From Bacteroidota bacterium (GTDB lineage: Bacteria > Bacteroidota > Bacteroidia > AKYH767-A > 2013-40CM-41-45), in contig JAPLDB010000029.1 of the NCBI GenBank assembly GCA_026391975.1, forward strand, positions 1 to 61,373: a stretch of DNA of 61,373 nt, in the 5' to 3' direction. Positions 27,589 through 36,574 of this stretch are shown here, piece after piece; position 1 is the first letter of the stretch; every line of letters starts with the position of its first letter. The translations under genes and the position numbers were made by a program. The notes under the pieces were generated by a model, which had not been told where the DNA came from, did not search any database, and worked only from the letters and a program-made list of their open reading frames with translations.

Positions 27589-28824
27589 TTAATAATGGCA
27601 ACGTGCACATTCAGTTCCGCCGATCCGCTCAACTGTAAGCAAGGAATCTGAACCGTATTTTGCAAGAAGCTCTTTATGGTAGTCATTATAATAAGCATTG
27701 TTGGCCATCTGAACAGGTGTTCTCCTATGGCAATCGATACACCAGCCCATGGTCAGTTTTGAATACTGATATGCTACAGTCATGCTGTCCTGAACCGGTC
27801 CATGGCAAGTCTGACATTCAATTTTCCCAACCACAAAATGCTGGGAGTGATTAAAATAAGCAAGATCGGGAAGGTTATGAACGCGTGTCCATTGTATTGG
27901 CTTAGGGTTAGGTCCGTAAGTGCCTTTATCAGGATCGTAATCAAGCGCCTTGTATATTTTAGCGATTTCAGTTTTATCGCCGGTTGGACCTTGTTTCACA
28001 AATTTATGGCAATTCATGCACACATTCAGGGAAGGAACGCCTGCAACTTTTCCGCGCTCGGCGCCGCTATGACAGTAGATACAACTGATCTTCATATCCC
28101 CGGCGTGCAGCTTATGGGAATATTTAATTGGCTGATCAGGTTTATAACCCTGAGTTACGCCGATACTCATAAGACCATACCATGCTTTAACACTACCAAA
28201 CATGAACAATGTGATCAGAATGATCGCAAGCAGCTTCTTGTTATTACGTGACCAATGCACAAATCCCTGCCAGCGGGTCATAGCTGCCGGTTCAGGAACT
28301 CCCTGTTTTTTCCGAAGCGCCTGTGCAAGTGTATGCTGTGTTCTTCTCAGTATGCCGCTAATTAAATAAAGCACGAAAGCAGCAACAAGGAGGTAAATCC
28401 ATGTATTGCTGCTTTTTTCTTCACCACCTTCTTCGGTTGGTTTGGCTGCAACGGATGCTGCAGGCGGCTTCACATCTACAATGTACTTTATAATGGCCTT
28501 GATCTCTTCATCTTTCAGGTTTGTAAAAACCGTCATCTGCATCTTGCCGTTATCATTGTAGAGCTTAACAGCATCAGGATCTCCGGATTTAATCATACCC
28601 GGAGCATTTTTGATCCACTTCAACAACCATTCTTCAGAGTGGCGGTTTTCAACACCTTTGAGCGCTGGCCCAACCACCTTGTCAAAAGGTGAGTGACACG
28701 TTTTACAGTTGCTGTTAAAAAGTGCTTCGCCATCCTGTGCAAATGCAACGCAAGTATAAAATGCAGTGAACAGCGTTAGTAGGAGAAGGCGTTTGGTGGA
28801 TTTGTACAAGTATGCGTTGGTCAT
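27589..28824 (-). CDS. actA: Alternative complex III multiheme cytochrome c ActA with N-terminal monoheme class I cytochrome c domain
   Basis: The first ATG at 28824 gives MTNAYLYKSTKRLLLL; the track ORF begins at a TTG at 28860. Six CxxCH motifs: CKTCH, CIYCH, CMNCH, CQTCH, CIDCH and CARCH. Two TM segments. Confidence 0.88.
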   Translation of the reverse strand: MTNAYLYKSTKRLLLLTLFTAFYTCVAFAQDGEALFNSNCKTCHSPFDKVVGPALKGVENRHSEEWLLKWIKNAPGMIKSGDPDAVKLYNDNGKMQMTVFTNLKDEEIKAIIKYIVDVKPPAASVAAKPTEEGGEEKSSNTWIYLLVAAFVLYLISGILRRTQHTLAQALRKKQGVPEPAAMTRWQGFVHWSRNNKKLLAIILITLFMFGSVKAWYGLMSIGVTQGYKPDQPIKYSHKLHAGDMKISCIYCHSGAERGKVAGVPSLNVCMNCHKFVKQGPTGDKTEIAKIYKALDYDPDKGTYGPNPKPIQWTRVHNLPDLAYFNHSQHFVVGKIECQTCHGPVQDSMTVAYQYSKLTMGWCIDCHRRTPVQMANNAYYNDYHKELLAKYGSDSLLTVERIGGTECARCHY

Positions 28825-28919
28825 GATCCTATTTTTAAAACCTAACGAAGCGTTCTTCAAGAGAGAAAAACAGCGGATACGCCTTCGTCAGTGAAACGTC
28901 ATTTTTTTGTTAACGGCTG

Positions 28920-28927
28920 CAAATTTA
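28920..28927 (-). promoter_or_regulatory. Candidate Bacteroidota -7 promoter motif TAAATTTG upstream of actA
   Basis: The - strand reads tgaTAAATTTGcag about 95 nt upstream of the actA ATG and matches TAnnTTTG. No clean -33 TTTG was seen. Confidence 0.3.
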
Positions 28928-29111
28928 TCAGAGAATTGATAACTGTGAAATTTTGTTAAGATTTTTTTTCACAATCGTTGCAAGTCGTTGATGTTGTGGA
29001 CGAACGGTTTAAAAAAAAAGAATCAAAATGTTAAAATTAACCCTAAAATCTACGATTCAGGAATACTGAGGTTAACCGGAAGGTCTTTCCCGATAACAAA
29101 AAAACATTGTC

Positions 29112-30083
29112 TTAAAATGCAGTCCTGTTCACTGCCTCCGGGTTGCCCATTCTACCTGACTGGTAGTCGCTATAGCACTTCCGGATTTCCTCCTCTGAAT
29201 TCATCACAAAAGGACCATAGGCATAAACGGGCTCATTGTGTGGCCTTCCTCCAAGCAGCAGGAGTTCAGTTTTATCAGGGCTGAACAGATCAATATCGCT
29301 TTCGCCCCGCTGGTATAATACCACCTGATTGGAAGTGATCTCACGCCGTCCCTCGGTCTCAACATTGCCACTGATCACATAGGCAAAGGCGTTGTGCATG
29401 GGATCAACTGGAATCTTCAACCTGCAACCAGGTTGCATTGAAATGTGGAAATAAAAAACCGGAAAAAGGGTTTCGATCTTTGATTTAGCACCTAACAGTT
29501 CTCCTAAAACTACCTTGGCCGTGTAGTCTTTTCCGATGAGGTCGGCCATCTTTTCAGTCCTGTGAACATCCGTTGACGGATCAATGAACTTGTATTTTGA
29601 AGGCATATTCAGCCAAATCTGAAAACCATGGTAAAGACCTCCATTGTCAAACAATTTTTTTCCGGTCTCTTCCATATGAATGGCACCTTTACCTGATGTG
29701 AACATCATGAAGTCACCTTTGCCGATCTGGAAATCATAATTCAGACTGTCACGGTGATGACCGCTGCCATTGAGAAAATATGTTGTCGGAATAATGCCGG
29801 CATGAGGATGTGCGTCAACGCGCAGTGGCTTGTCCTTTGCCTTTACCACGACAGGTCCGAATTCGTCAAAGAAAACATACGGTGAAACATAATCGTTGTT
29901 GTCGCCCGCAAATGCACGGAGCACCGGAAGAGTACCCACCATCGTCTTGTTGGCACTCAATACCTGATACACTTTTCTGCTGCCGGATGAAGCTAACATT
30001 CCTGAAGCACCTTTAAGCACGCCGGGAATGATGGAGGCTGCTCCAATGATTGCAGATCCTTTGATAAATTCTCTCCGTTTCAT
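29112..30083 (-). CDS. Pirin family protein with twin-arginine signal peptide
   Basis: The ATG at 30083 gives MKRREFIKGSAIIGAASI. The pirin cupin block DAHPHAGIIPTTYFLNGSGHHRDSL is present. Confidence 0.85.
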   Translation of the reverse strand: MKRREFIKGSAIIGAASIIPGVLKGASGMLASSGSRKVYQVLSANKTMVGTLPVLRAFAGDNNDYVSPYVFFDEFGPVVVKAKDKPLRVDAHPHAGIIPTTYFLNGSGHHRDSLNYDFQIGKGDFMMFTSGKGAIHMEETGKKLFDNGGLYHGFQIWLNMPSKYKFIDPSTDVHRTEKMADLIGKDYTAKVVLGELLGAKSKIETLFPVFYFHISMQPGCRLKIPVDPMHNAFAYVISGNVETEGRREITSNQVVLYQRGESDIDLFSPDKTELLLLGGRPHNEPVYAYGPFVMNSEEEIRKCYSDYQSGRMGNPEAVNRTAF

Positions 30084-30156
30084 TTTTGCATTTTTAATCC
30101 CTAACAACAAAGCTAAAAATTTGTTCAGGCCTTAATTAGCCGTTACGATAAATCAG

Positions 30157-30731
30157 CTATTGACTTTGCTTATCCGAATCCATTTTTCTTCTTAGCAAAT
30201 CTTCAAGTCGCGATTTCACCGACGACCATTCATCATCAAGAATGCTGAAGTATGCTGAGCTTCTAAATGAACCGTCATCTTTCAGCATATGTTTTCTGAT
30301 AACTCCTTCATATACGCCGCCAATTTTTTCAATTGCTTTGCGTGAGCGGATATTGTCATGCTGGGTTTTCAACTGTACGCGTTTTGCTTTCAAAGTTTCA
30401 AAGCAAAAAGAAAGCAATGCAAGTTTGCAATCAGGGTTAATGGCTGTAGCCCAATATTCAGGCATCATCCAGGTACCTCCTATTTCCAGTCGCTTGTCGT
30501 AAATTTCAATATCCATCAGGCGTGTTGAACCGATTATTTTTCCTGAAGATTTAAGAACAATAATAAAAGGATATACTGTTCCCTTTTCCCGTGCTTTCAA
30601 TGTTCCTCTACCCAGATCCTTTTATCGGAAGCAGCGTTATGCAGTTCGTTAAAATGTTCTTCTTCAAGCGGAATCAGGTTTACGAGTTTTCCTGAAAGAA
30701 TGGTTGGATGCTTAATCCAGGCAGTGTTCAT
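30157..30731 (-). pseudogene. Frame-disrupted GNAT (Acetyltransf_3-type) N-acetyltransferase
   Basis: An N-terminal piece MNTAWIKHPTILSGKLVNLIPLEEEHFNELHNAASDKRIWVEEH* (30731-30597) is in one frame. The remainder (KAREKGTVYPFIIV...IGSTRL...QLKTQHDNIRSRKAIEKIGG) is in another frame with only a TTG start at 30600. Confidence 0.55.
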
Positions 30732-30942
30732 TGCTTATCGTTTTTTGTTGGCAAACATTATTTCTTTCGGACTATAAATAAGTTGAAATTGAAAAAGCCT
30801 GCTTTTTTGAAGAACTTCAAATCTTTTTAGCACCATCCTGTTAAATGACAAAAATCATATTTTTTTACTGACGAAAGTCATTCACACAACCCATCTTGAA
30901 GTTTTTATTGCAGTTAATATTTACCATCAAAACTACATAAAA

Positions 30943-31263
30943 ATGGAAACTACTTTCAGTACAGAATTCACATCTTCTCATGCAAAAGTGAGTAAAGTTA
31001 CTTCAACAAACAAAGCAGCAGCTATTTGGGATTATCTTGAAGAAAACCGTTTTGGAATGACGCCTGTTTTTCTGGTGTTTGCAGCTTGCCTCGGAGGATT
31101 TGCGGCAGCCGTTACAATCAAATACAGTTTGGTAATGCTGTCAATAGTCGGCCTTACAACAGGAATTGTTGAAGTCCTGCTGATAGCTGTTGCACCAATG
31201 CGTGTTATTTTCTGGTTTGTGGTTCTGGCGATGCTGGTTGATCTGTTTGTTTTCATTTTCTGA
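30943..31263 (+). CDS. Hypothetical small membrane protein
   Basis: 106 aa with ATG start and three predicted hydrophobic helices. No recognisable family. Confidence 0.4.
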   Translation: METTFSTEFTSSHAKVSKVTSTNKAAAIWDYLEENRFGMTPVFLVFAACLGGFAAAVTIKYSLVMLSIVGLTTGIVEVLLIAVAPMRVIFWFVVLAMLVDLFVFIF

Positions 31264-31299
31264 AAATAACAGCTACACGCGAACTACCTGAGTAAGTTC

Positions 31300-31328
31300 A
31301 GTCAATAAAAAACTTGACAGTATTGACT
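31300..31328. terminator. Hairpin between convergent genes (AGTCAATA ... TATTGACT)
   Basis: 8-bp stem with a 13-nt loop. The right arm overlaps the ypfJ stop codon. Confidence 0.35.
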
Positions 31329-32187
31329 ATTGCCCTAAGGAAGTAAGAGAATTGTCTCTGAATGTATTTCCCTGTCTGATATCACCGGTCACCCATCCTT
31401 TTTTAAACCAATACATTCTTTGAGCAGAAGTGCCATGTGTAAAAGCATCCGGAACGACACGTCCGGTCGCTTTTTTCTGCAGCATGTCATCACCAATTGC
31501 ATTGGCGGCAGACAACGCCTCTTCAATGTCTCCCTCTTCAAGTATGGTGTCCATCCTGTGTGCATAATGCGCCCATAGCCCGGCATAAAAATCAGCCTGA
31601 AGCTCTGTCATGACGGAAAACCTGTTGTATTCCTCCTCGCTGAGCTGTTGCCGCTTCTCGGCCATCTGTGCGGATACTCCCAACAAATTTTGTACATGGT
31701 GGCCGACTTCATGCGCAATTACATAAGCCATCGGAAAATCGCCGGCAACTTGAAAACGCTGTTGCAGTTCCTCATAAAAAGAAAGGTCAATGTACACCTG
31801 CTGATCAGCGGGACAATAAAAAGGACCGGATGCAGCACTTGCATTGCCGCAGCCTGATTCCACCACATCGCGAAACAAAACAAGTTTCGGTTCAACATAT
31901 TCAATTCCCTGTTCTTTGAAAATCTGATGCCAGACATCTTCTGTTTCTGCGAGGACTACTTTCACGAATGCAGCGCGCTCATCATCTGCGGCCTGTTCAG
32001 TTGGTGAAAGTTGAGCATTGTTTTGGTTGGGCAGATTGGTTAATTGCGTCAGATCCCCTCCGTTAAGAAATAGATTAAGGAGGTAAATTATAACTCCAAC
32101 GATTCCTCCTCCAATAGCGATGCCCCCGCCCGAGAATCCCCTTCTGTCAGATACATTTCCACTTTCTCTTCTTCCTCGCCAAAGCAT
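31327..32187 (-). CDS. ypfJ: YpfJ-family neutral zinc metallopeptidase
   Basis: 286 aa. N-terminus MLWRGRRESGNVSDRRG, a Gly-rich TM segment, and a HExxH site in IAHEVGHHVQ. Confidence 0.85.
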   Translation of the reverse strand: MLWRGRRESGNVSDRRGFSGGGIAIGGGIVGVIIYLLNLFLNGGDLTQLTNLPNQNNAQLSPTEQAADDERAAFVKVVLAETEDVWHQIFKEQGIEYVEPKLVLFRDVVESGCGNASAASGPFYCPADQQVYIDLSFYEELQQRFQVAGDFPMAYVIAHEVGHHVQNLLGVSAQMAEKRQQLSEEEYNRFSVMTELQADFYAGLWAHYAHRMDTILEEGDIEEALSAANAIGDDMLQKKATGRVVPDAFTHGTSAQRMYWFKKGWVTGDIRQGNTFRDNSLTSLGQ

Positions 32188-32316
32188 AAAATTCTTTTTT
32201 AGTTAATCACAAAGATACGATTCAAAGCAATTTACAGATCAAACCATCCGCTACAATTTCTTTTGAGAATGTGGGAATGGCGTTGGTTTTAAAAAATAAG
32301 TTGAAGAAGGGTGCTT

Positions 32317-33075
32317 TTACTTCAACGAATACAGCACAGGCTTACTCGGGCTTGCATCATTTTCAAAACTTGCAATCATCAGGTTGAGAAGGTAATTGCC
32401 GTCTTTCACTTTATCGGGAACATACACCATCTCTGTAATCGTCGCATTCATTCTTGTCTTCTTCGGATAATTCCAGAATGCATGGTGTGCTGACAATTTT
32501 CCATCATCCATTTCTTTGTCTACTGAAGGAAGGTCAAGCAGCAAATGCTGAATGCCTTTCTCACGGATCCAAAGTGCAGCATCCTTATCAAGGTAGGCTG
32601 GATTGGTTCCCGAATATTTTCTGGTTAGTTTACTTTGCGAATTTGGAAGTGTCCGGATGATTAATGAGTCAGGAGTCGGGAGTCCGGAGCCCGCAGAAAA
32701 GCATTTCTCAATTTGAGACCTGGTGACTACCAAATCATCTCCCTGCTTTTCAGGTTTGACAGTAACAAGTTTTGCGATGAAAAAAAATTCTGTGAGACAC
32801 TGATTGAGCGAAATGAATTTCTTACTGATATGACCAACGCATTCGGTATGCGTTCCGTTACCATGCGGATTGAAAGCAATGTTGTTCACGTTGCATGAAC
32901 CGCCCTTATTTACTGCCCCGATAAAATCCCCCATTCGAAACGGTTCAATCACCACATCAGGTATATGGAAAGCATTTACATTTTTCTTTCCGGCGAAAAG
33001 CGGAATAGAAATGTCAATGGGTTTGGAAAGGTCGGCCTTGTATTTTTTTTTGTTGATGATAAAATTGGAAACCAT
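32317..33075 (-). CDS. Cyclase family protein (arylformamidase/kynurenine formamidase-like)
   Basis: The first ATG at 33075 gives MVSNFIINKKKY; the track uses a TTG at 33099. The HGNGTHTECVGH block resembles the HxGTHxDxPxH cyclase motif. Confidence 0.6.
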   Translation of the reverse strand: MVSNFIINKKKYKADLSKPIDISIPLFAGKKNVNAFHIPDVVIEPFRMGDFIGAVNKGGSCNVNNIAFNPHGNGTHTECVGHISKKFISLNQCLTEFFFIAKLVTVKPEKQGDDLVVTRSQIEKCFSAGSGLPTPDSLIIRTLPNSQSKLTRKYSGTNPAYLDKDAALWIREKGIQHLLLDLPSVDKEMDDGKLSAHHAFWNYPKKTRMNATITEMVYVPDKVKDGNYLLNLMIASFENDASPSKPVLYSLK

Positions 33076-33101
33076 TGCACGAAGGTGTAAAAAAAACAAA
33101 C

Positions 33102-34061
33102 TCAGTCTTTATAAGATTTCATCACTTCGAAAAGCGTATTCAGTTTTTTAACTTCATAACCTTCCGTGCTGAATACGGATTCATCAGTGACCCCTTGTTC
33201 AATTTTCTGGTAGGTAATGGTGCATTTCTGTGCGAATGGCTGGTGTTGAGGAAAGAATGCCATGCGGACTGGTACGCCCTTTAATACAGATTTATAGTCA
33301 ACATAAGAATTGGGTATGGATGCAGTGCTTCCGAAAAAAGCTTTCATCATCGCATCCTGCATCCCCGGCCGGTCAATGGTTTTGTCGGTGGTCATCCAGA
33401 TTTCCGTTTTACCTGTTGGATCCGTCTTCACGTATTTCCGACACTGATACCCTGAAATGTCTTCCATCTCATTGGTTTCCTGAATGCTGTTGGATTGTGC
33501 CCTTTCATCTACTGTCATTATTTTAAGTGTACCGTCCGCAGAAAGATTCAGTAATGCAAAATCCATATTATACGCTTTCTTTTTCCCTGATTTTTCAGTT
33601 GACAGATTGGTGATCGTTTGATTTTTATAATCAAAGGTGTAACGGGAATCAGTGTATTTATTCTTCTTCTTTTCATTGTCATAAACTGCGCGGGCTCCGA
33701 TACGATAATCTTTAATGAAGGTATGCCTGGTGTGATTGTCATCAGGTCTTCCTGCAAATTCTACTTTTGCAATTACACAAACTGTCGGGAAAGAACCTTT
33801 CATATCACGGTTGACAGTATCATTCACGGAAATTCTTCCGGTGGCTGAATCATCGATGGTTTTGAACTCGCGTATCACTTCTTTTATTTCGCCTTCAACT
33901 TCATGGTATTTATCTGAATCCGGCAGAAGGATCGGTGGAGGTGCACCAGGTGGAGATGTGCGCGGATGCAAAGGCCTGGGGTGCGGCGGCTGCTTTAATT
34001 TCTGCGCCAATGCAGGGAATGAAATGCCGGCGATTAAAATGCCCAGAATTATTTTTCTCAT
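33102..34061 (-). CDS. Hypothetical secreted protein (DUF4412-like), proline-rich after signal peptide
   Basis: 319 aa with a signal peptide, then QPPHPRPLHPRTSPPGAPPPILLP. The stop lies 26 nt upstream of the cyclase ATG. Confidence 0.4.
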   Translation of the reverse strand: MRKIILGILIAGISFPALAQKLKQPPHPRPLHPRTSPPGAPPPILLPDSDKYHEVEGEIKEVIREFKTIDDSATGRISVNDTVNRDMKGSFPTVCVIAKVEFAGRPDDNHTRHTFIKDYRIGARAVYDNEKKKNKYTDSRYTFDYKNQTITNLSTEKSGKKKAYNMDFALLNLSADGTLKIMTVDERAQSNSIQETNEMEDISGYQCRKYVKTDPTGKTEIWMTTDKTIDRPGMQDAMMKAFFGSTASIPNSYVDYKSVLKGVPVRMAFFPQHQPFAQKCTITYQKIEQGVTDESVFSTEGYEVKKLNTLFEVMKSYKD

Positions 34062-34135
34062 ATAACCGGTTTATTCTTTTTTGCTAAAATAAAATGAATA
34101 ATGTGAATTCAGAAAAACAATATGCAGTCAGCATT

Positions 34136-36262
34136 TTAGTAGAGAATAATCTTATGAATACTTATCTGATCATGGATGGTGACTTTTGCAAAGTAAATTC
34201 CTTTTGACAAAGTTGAAACATTAAAATTTATATGATCACCCTTGAAATTCTTTTCTTCTCGTATTATTTCTCCCAATACATTGCTGATGAAAATATCTTT
34301 TGCATCAACTGATCCTGAAAACTGAATCGTTATGTGATCATTTGCAGGATTAGGATAGATTGATGTAACAGGGTCGGCCGCATTGAATTCATTGACGCCG
34401 GAACAAAAATCCACAACAATATTTTGTGTACTATCGAAATTACATGTCATCGCACCGGATACCACCTGGTATCTAAGTGTTGCTGTGCAGTTTGCTGAAA
34501 TTGATGGTGCAACGTAATTTAAAACCTGTTGATCAAAAAAGCTGGCAACTGAAGGACAATTGATCAACCAGTCGTAACTTGTTGCAGGTGCACTTCCGTT
34601 TGCAGAAAATGTGATTGCAACGCCATCACAAACAGTATCATCTGGGGTAATGGTGAAGCCCGGATTTTGCTTAGGAATAACATAAACAGTTATGCTTGCA
34701 GTATCAGTTTCACCACAATTATCAGTCACAGTTAAAAAGTACTGTATTGTAGAATCAGGACTTACGGTGACTGATTGTCCGGTGAGATTGCCGGGTTGCC
34801 AGGAATAGGTATAAGGCCCTACTCCACCAATGGTGTCAGCTGAAAGAACTGCACTTCCTCCTTCACATATTTGTGACGCAGCTGCAGAACAGGTGATCGA
34901 AGAAATTCCTACTGTCCTGCCCTCAATCGTCATGATCCACTCACTGTTCGCCAGGATGCAACTAGCATCGCATTGCACAACAGGAACCCAATTAAGCCTC
35001 CTGAATTTAAGTTCAAAGCTAAGCGGATAAGGTGCACACTGTGGCGGTGGAACACATGGAGAAAGCGGTGGAACAGCATTCAGCAACATTGCAGGCCAGA
35101 AAAAACAATCGCCTTGAATGCCGCCAAGACAGGTAAAGTTTCTCGTGGTGCAAGATGAACCTGAAGGATTTGTCATGGTGATATCAAACCCACCATCATC
35201 ACGAATACATGGAAGCACGGCCATATAAGAAAAGTTGGTATTGATGGCTGTGATCTCGCAGTTTGCAGGAGTCATTACACTATCAATGAAATAACTGCAG
35301 CCTCCTGTCCCCCACGTCCAAGTAAATCCTGATCCTAAAATACTTGCCTGAGGCAATGTTCCGGATGAAGTTACCAATGGATCAAGAGTGACCGGATACA
35401 ATGTTGCAGCATTGTTCAGCCAATCGACCGGCACGAAATAATCCAGTTGATTTCCTTTCAATTGAAAAGGCATTTCAAAATAATTTTCAGTCCGCTCTTT
35501 CGCATCGTAAGCATTGCTCTTCCTGAAAATAAAATACGGTTCCTGCGACTGATCAACAATGGAAATCAAACCAGTCCTTTTATCCCCGCCTGATAAAACA
35601 TATTGCGATAAGTCAACATGCAAATCAGAAGGGACTTCAACCTGTTGCCTCATTGCAAGCCAGCCGTTAGTGAGCTGCAGTCTGTTCTTCAGAATGAAAT
35701 TTGTTTTGATTCTGCCATAGCAGGTGATCATCTGTAAATCAATGCCGGGGTAAAAATCCTGAATGAGAAAAATCGTTTCCGTATAATTTTCTGTCCGGGT
35801 CATGTGACTCCAGTTCCCCACACCGAGAGGAGTCGTTGTACCATCTGAGGCAATGTGTACGAGTGAAATGTTTTTATTGAAACGCAATTCATTTGCACCA
35901 TTGCTAATTGAAGTAAATTTATTTTCAAAATCAATCACTACTGGCGAAGGCTGCATGCGGGCAGCAAAAAGATTTGATCCTTCCTGCAATACGCGCGGAT
36001 CCTTGGTTCGCCAAAATCCATCTTCATCTTTGAAGTTCATATTGCCAAGCGATTTCTGCATATAGATTGTTTTGCTGCCATCAGCATTCAATGCAAAAAA
36101 TTCGCGCGCGTTTCCGGTCCGTTTTTCAATTTCTTCAGTGCATGATTTGCAGGGAGCATTAAAAGGGAGAATTCCTTTTTCGGGATTTGATATTGAAGGT
36201 TGTTGAGCTGCAACGCTTCCAAAAATAAAAATAATCAAAATAAAAGTGAAGGATGCTTTCAT
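34136..36262 (-). CDS. Secreted protein with Ig-like domains and T9SS type A sorting domain
   Basis: The ATG at 36262 gives MKASFTFILIIFIFGSVAAQ. Ig-like block ICEGGSAVLSADTIGGVGPYTYSWQPGN...TVTDNCGETDT. C-terminal IYPNPANDHITI...GIYFAKV tail. Confidence 0.6.
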   Translation of the reverse strand: MKASFTFILIIFIFGSVAAQQPSISNPEKGILPFNAPCKSCTEEIEKRTGNAREFFALNADGSKTIYMQKSLGNMNFKDEDGFWRTKDPRVLQEGSNLFAARMQPSPVVIDFENKFTSISNGANELRFNKNISLVHIASDGTTTPLGVGNWSHMTRTENYTETIFLIQDFYPGIDLQMITCYGRIKTNFILKNRLQLTNGWLAMRQQVEVPSDLHVDLSQYVLSGGDKRTGLISIVDQSQEPYFIFRKSNAYDAKERTENYFEMPFQLKGNQLDYFVPVDWLNNAATLYPVTLDPLVTSSGTLPQASILGSGFTWTWGTGGCSYFIDSVMTPANCEITAINTNFSYMAVLPCIRDDGGFDITMTNPSGSSCTTRNFTCLGGIQGDCFFWPAMLLNAVPPLSPCVPPPQCAPYPLSFELKFRRLNWVPVVQCDASCILANSEWIMTIEGRTVGISSITCSAAASQICEGGSAVLSADTIGGVGPYTYSWQPGNLTGQSVTVSPDSTIQYFLTVTDNCGETDTASITVYVIPKQNPGFTITPDDTVCDGVAITFSANGSAPATSYDWLINCPSVASFFDQQVLNYVAPSISANCTATLRYQVVSGAMTCNFDSTQNIVVDFCSGVNEFNAADPVTSIYPNPANDHITIQFSGSVDAKDIFISNVLGEIIREEKNFKGDHINFNVSTLSKGIYFAKVTIHDQISIHKIILY

Positions 36263-36574
36263 GGGTTGTTGGTTAGGTCTTCTCAAAGGTGGGAAAATAT
36301 ATCATGCACCGGCAGGAAAAGAACACTCCGACCTCCGGCGTACCCATAAATAATTCAATGAAGTGAAAATGCCTGAATCATGTAAGGTTTGACAAGGAAT
36401 GCTAAAAGGAGAACAGACAGCCGAATTTTTATCTTTTGTTACAGGGCAAAATTCAGCAATCACCCACTCTCACAAGCCATTCACCCATGTTTATATCCGT
36501 TGGTCACAAAACCGGATTTTATAAAACATTAACCTGTACTTTTCGTCCAACAACCAAATCCCCGGAGGTTACCC

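Noticed and set aside
17529-28824. The act-cta gene block as a novel respiratory system
   Set aside because: The gene order and motifs match the already described alternative complex III / aa3 oxidase supercomplex of Bacteroidota. Only the ActA N-terminal heme domain was kept as a minor observation.
28988-29284. 98-aa + strand ORF overlapping the pirin 3' end
   Set aside because: It is antisense to a clear pirin gene. It begins in an A/T-rich promoter-like spacer and has no motifs.
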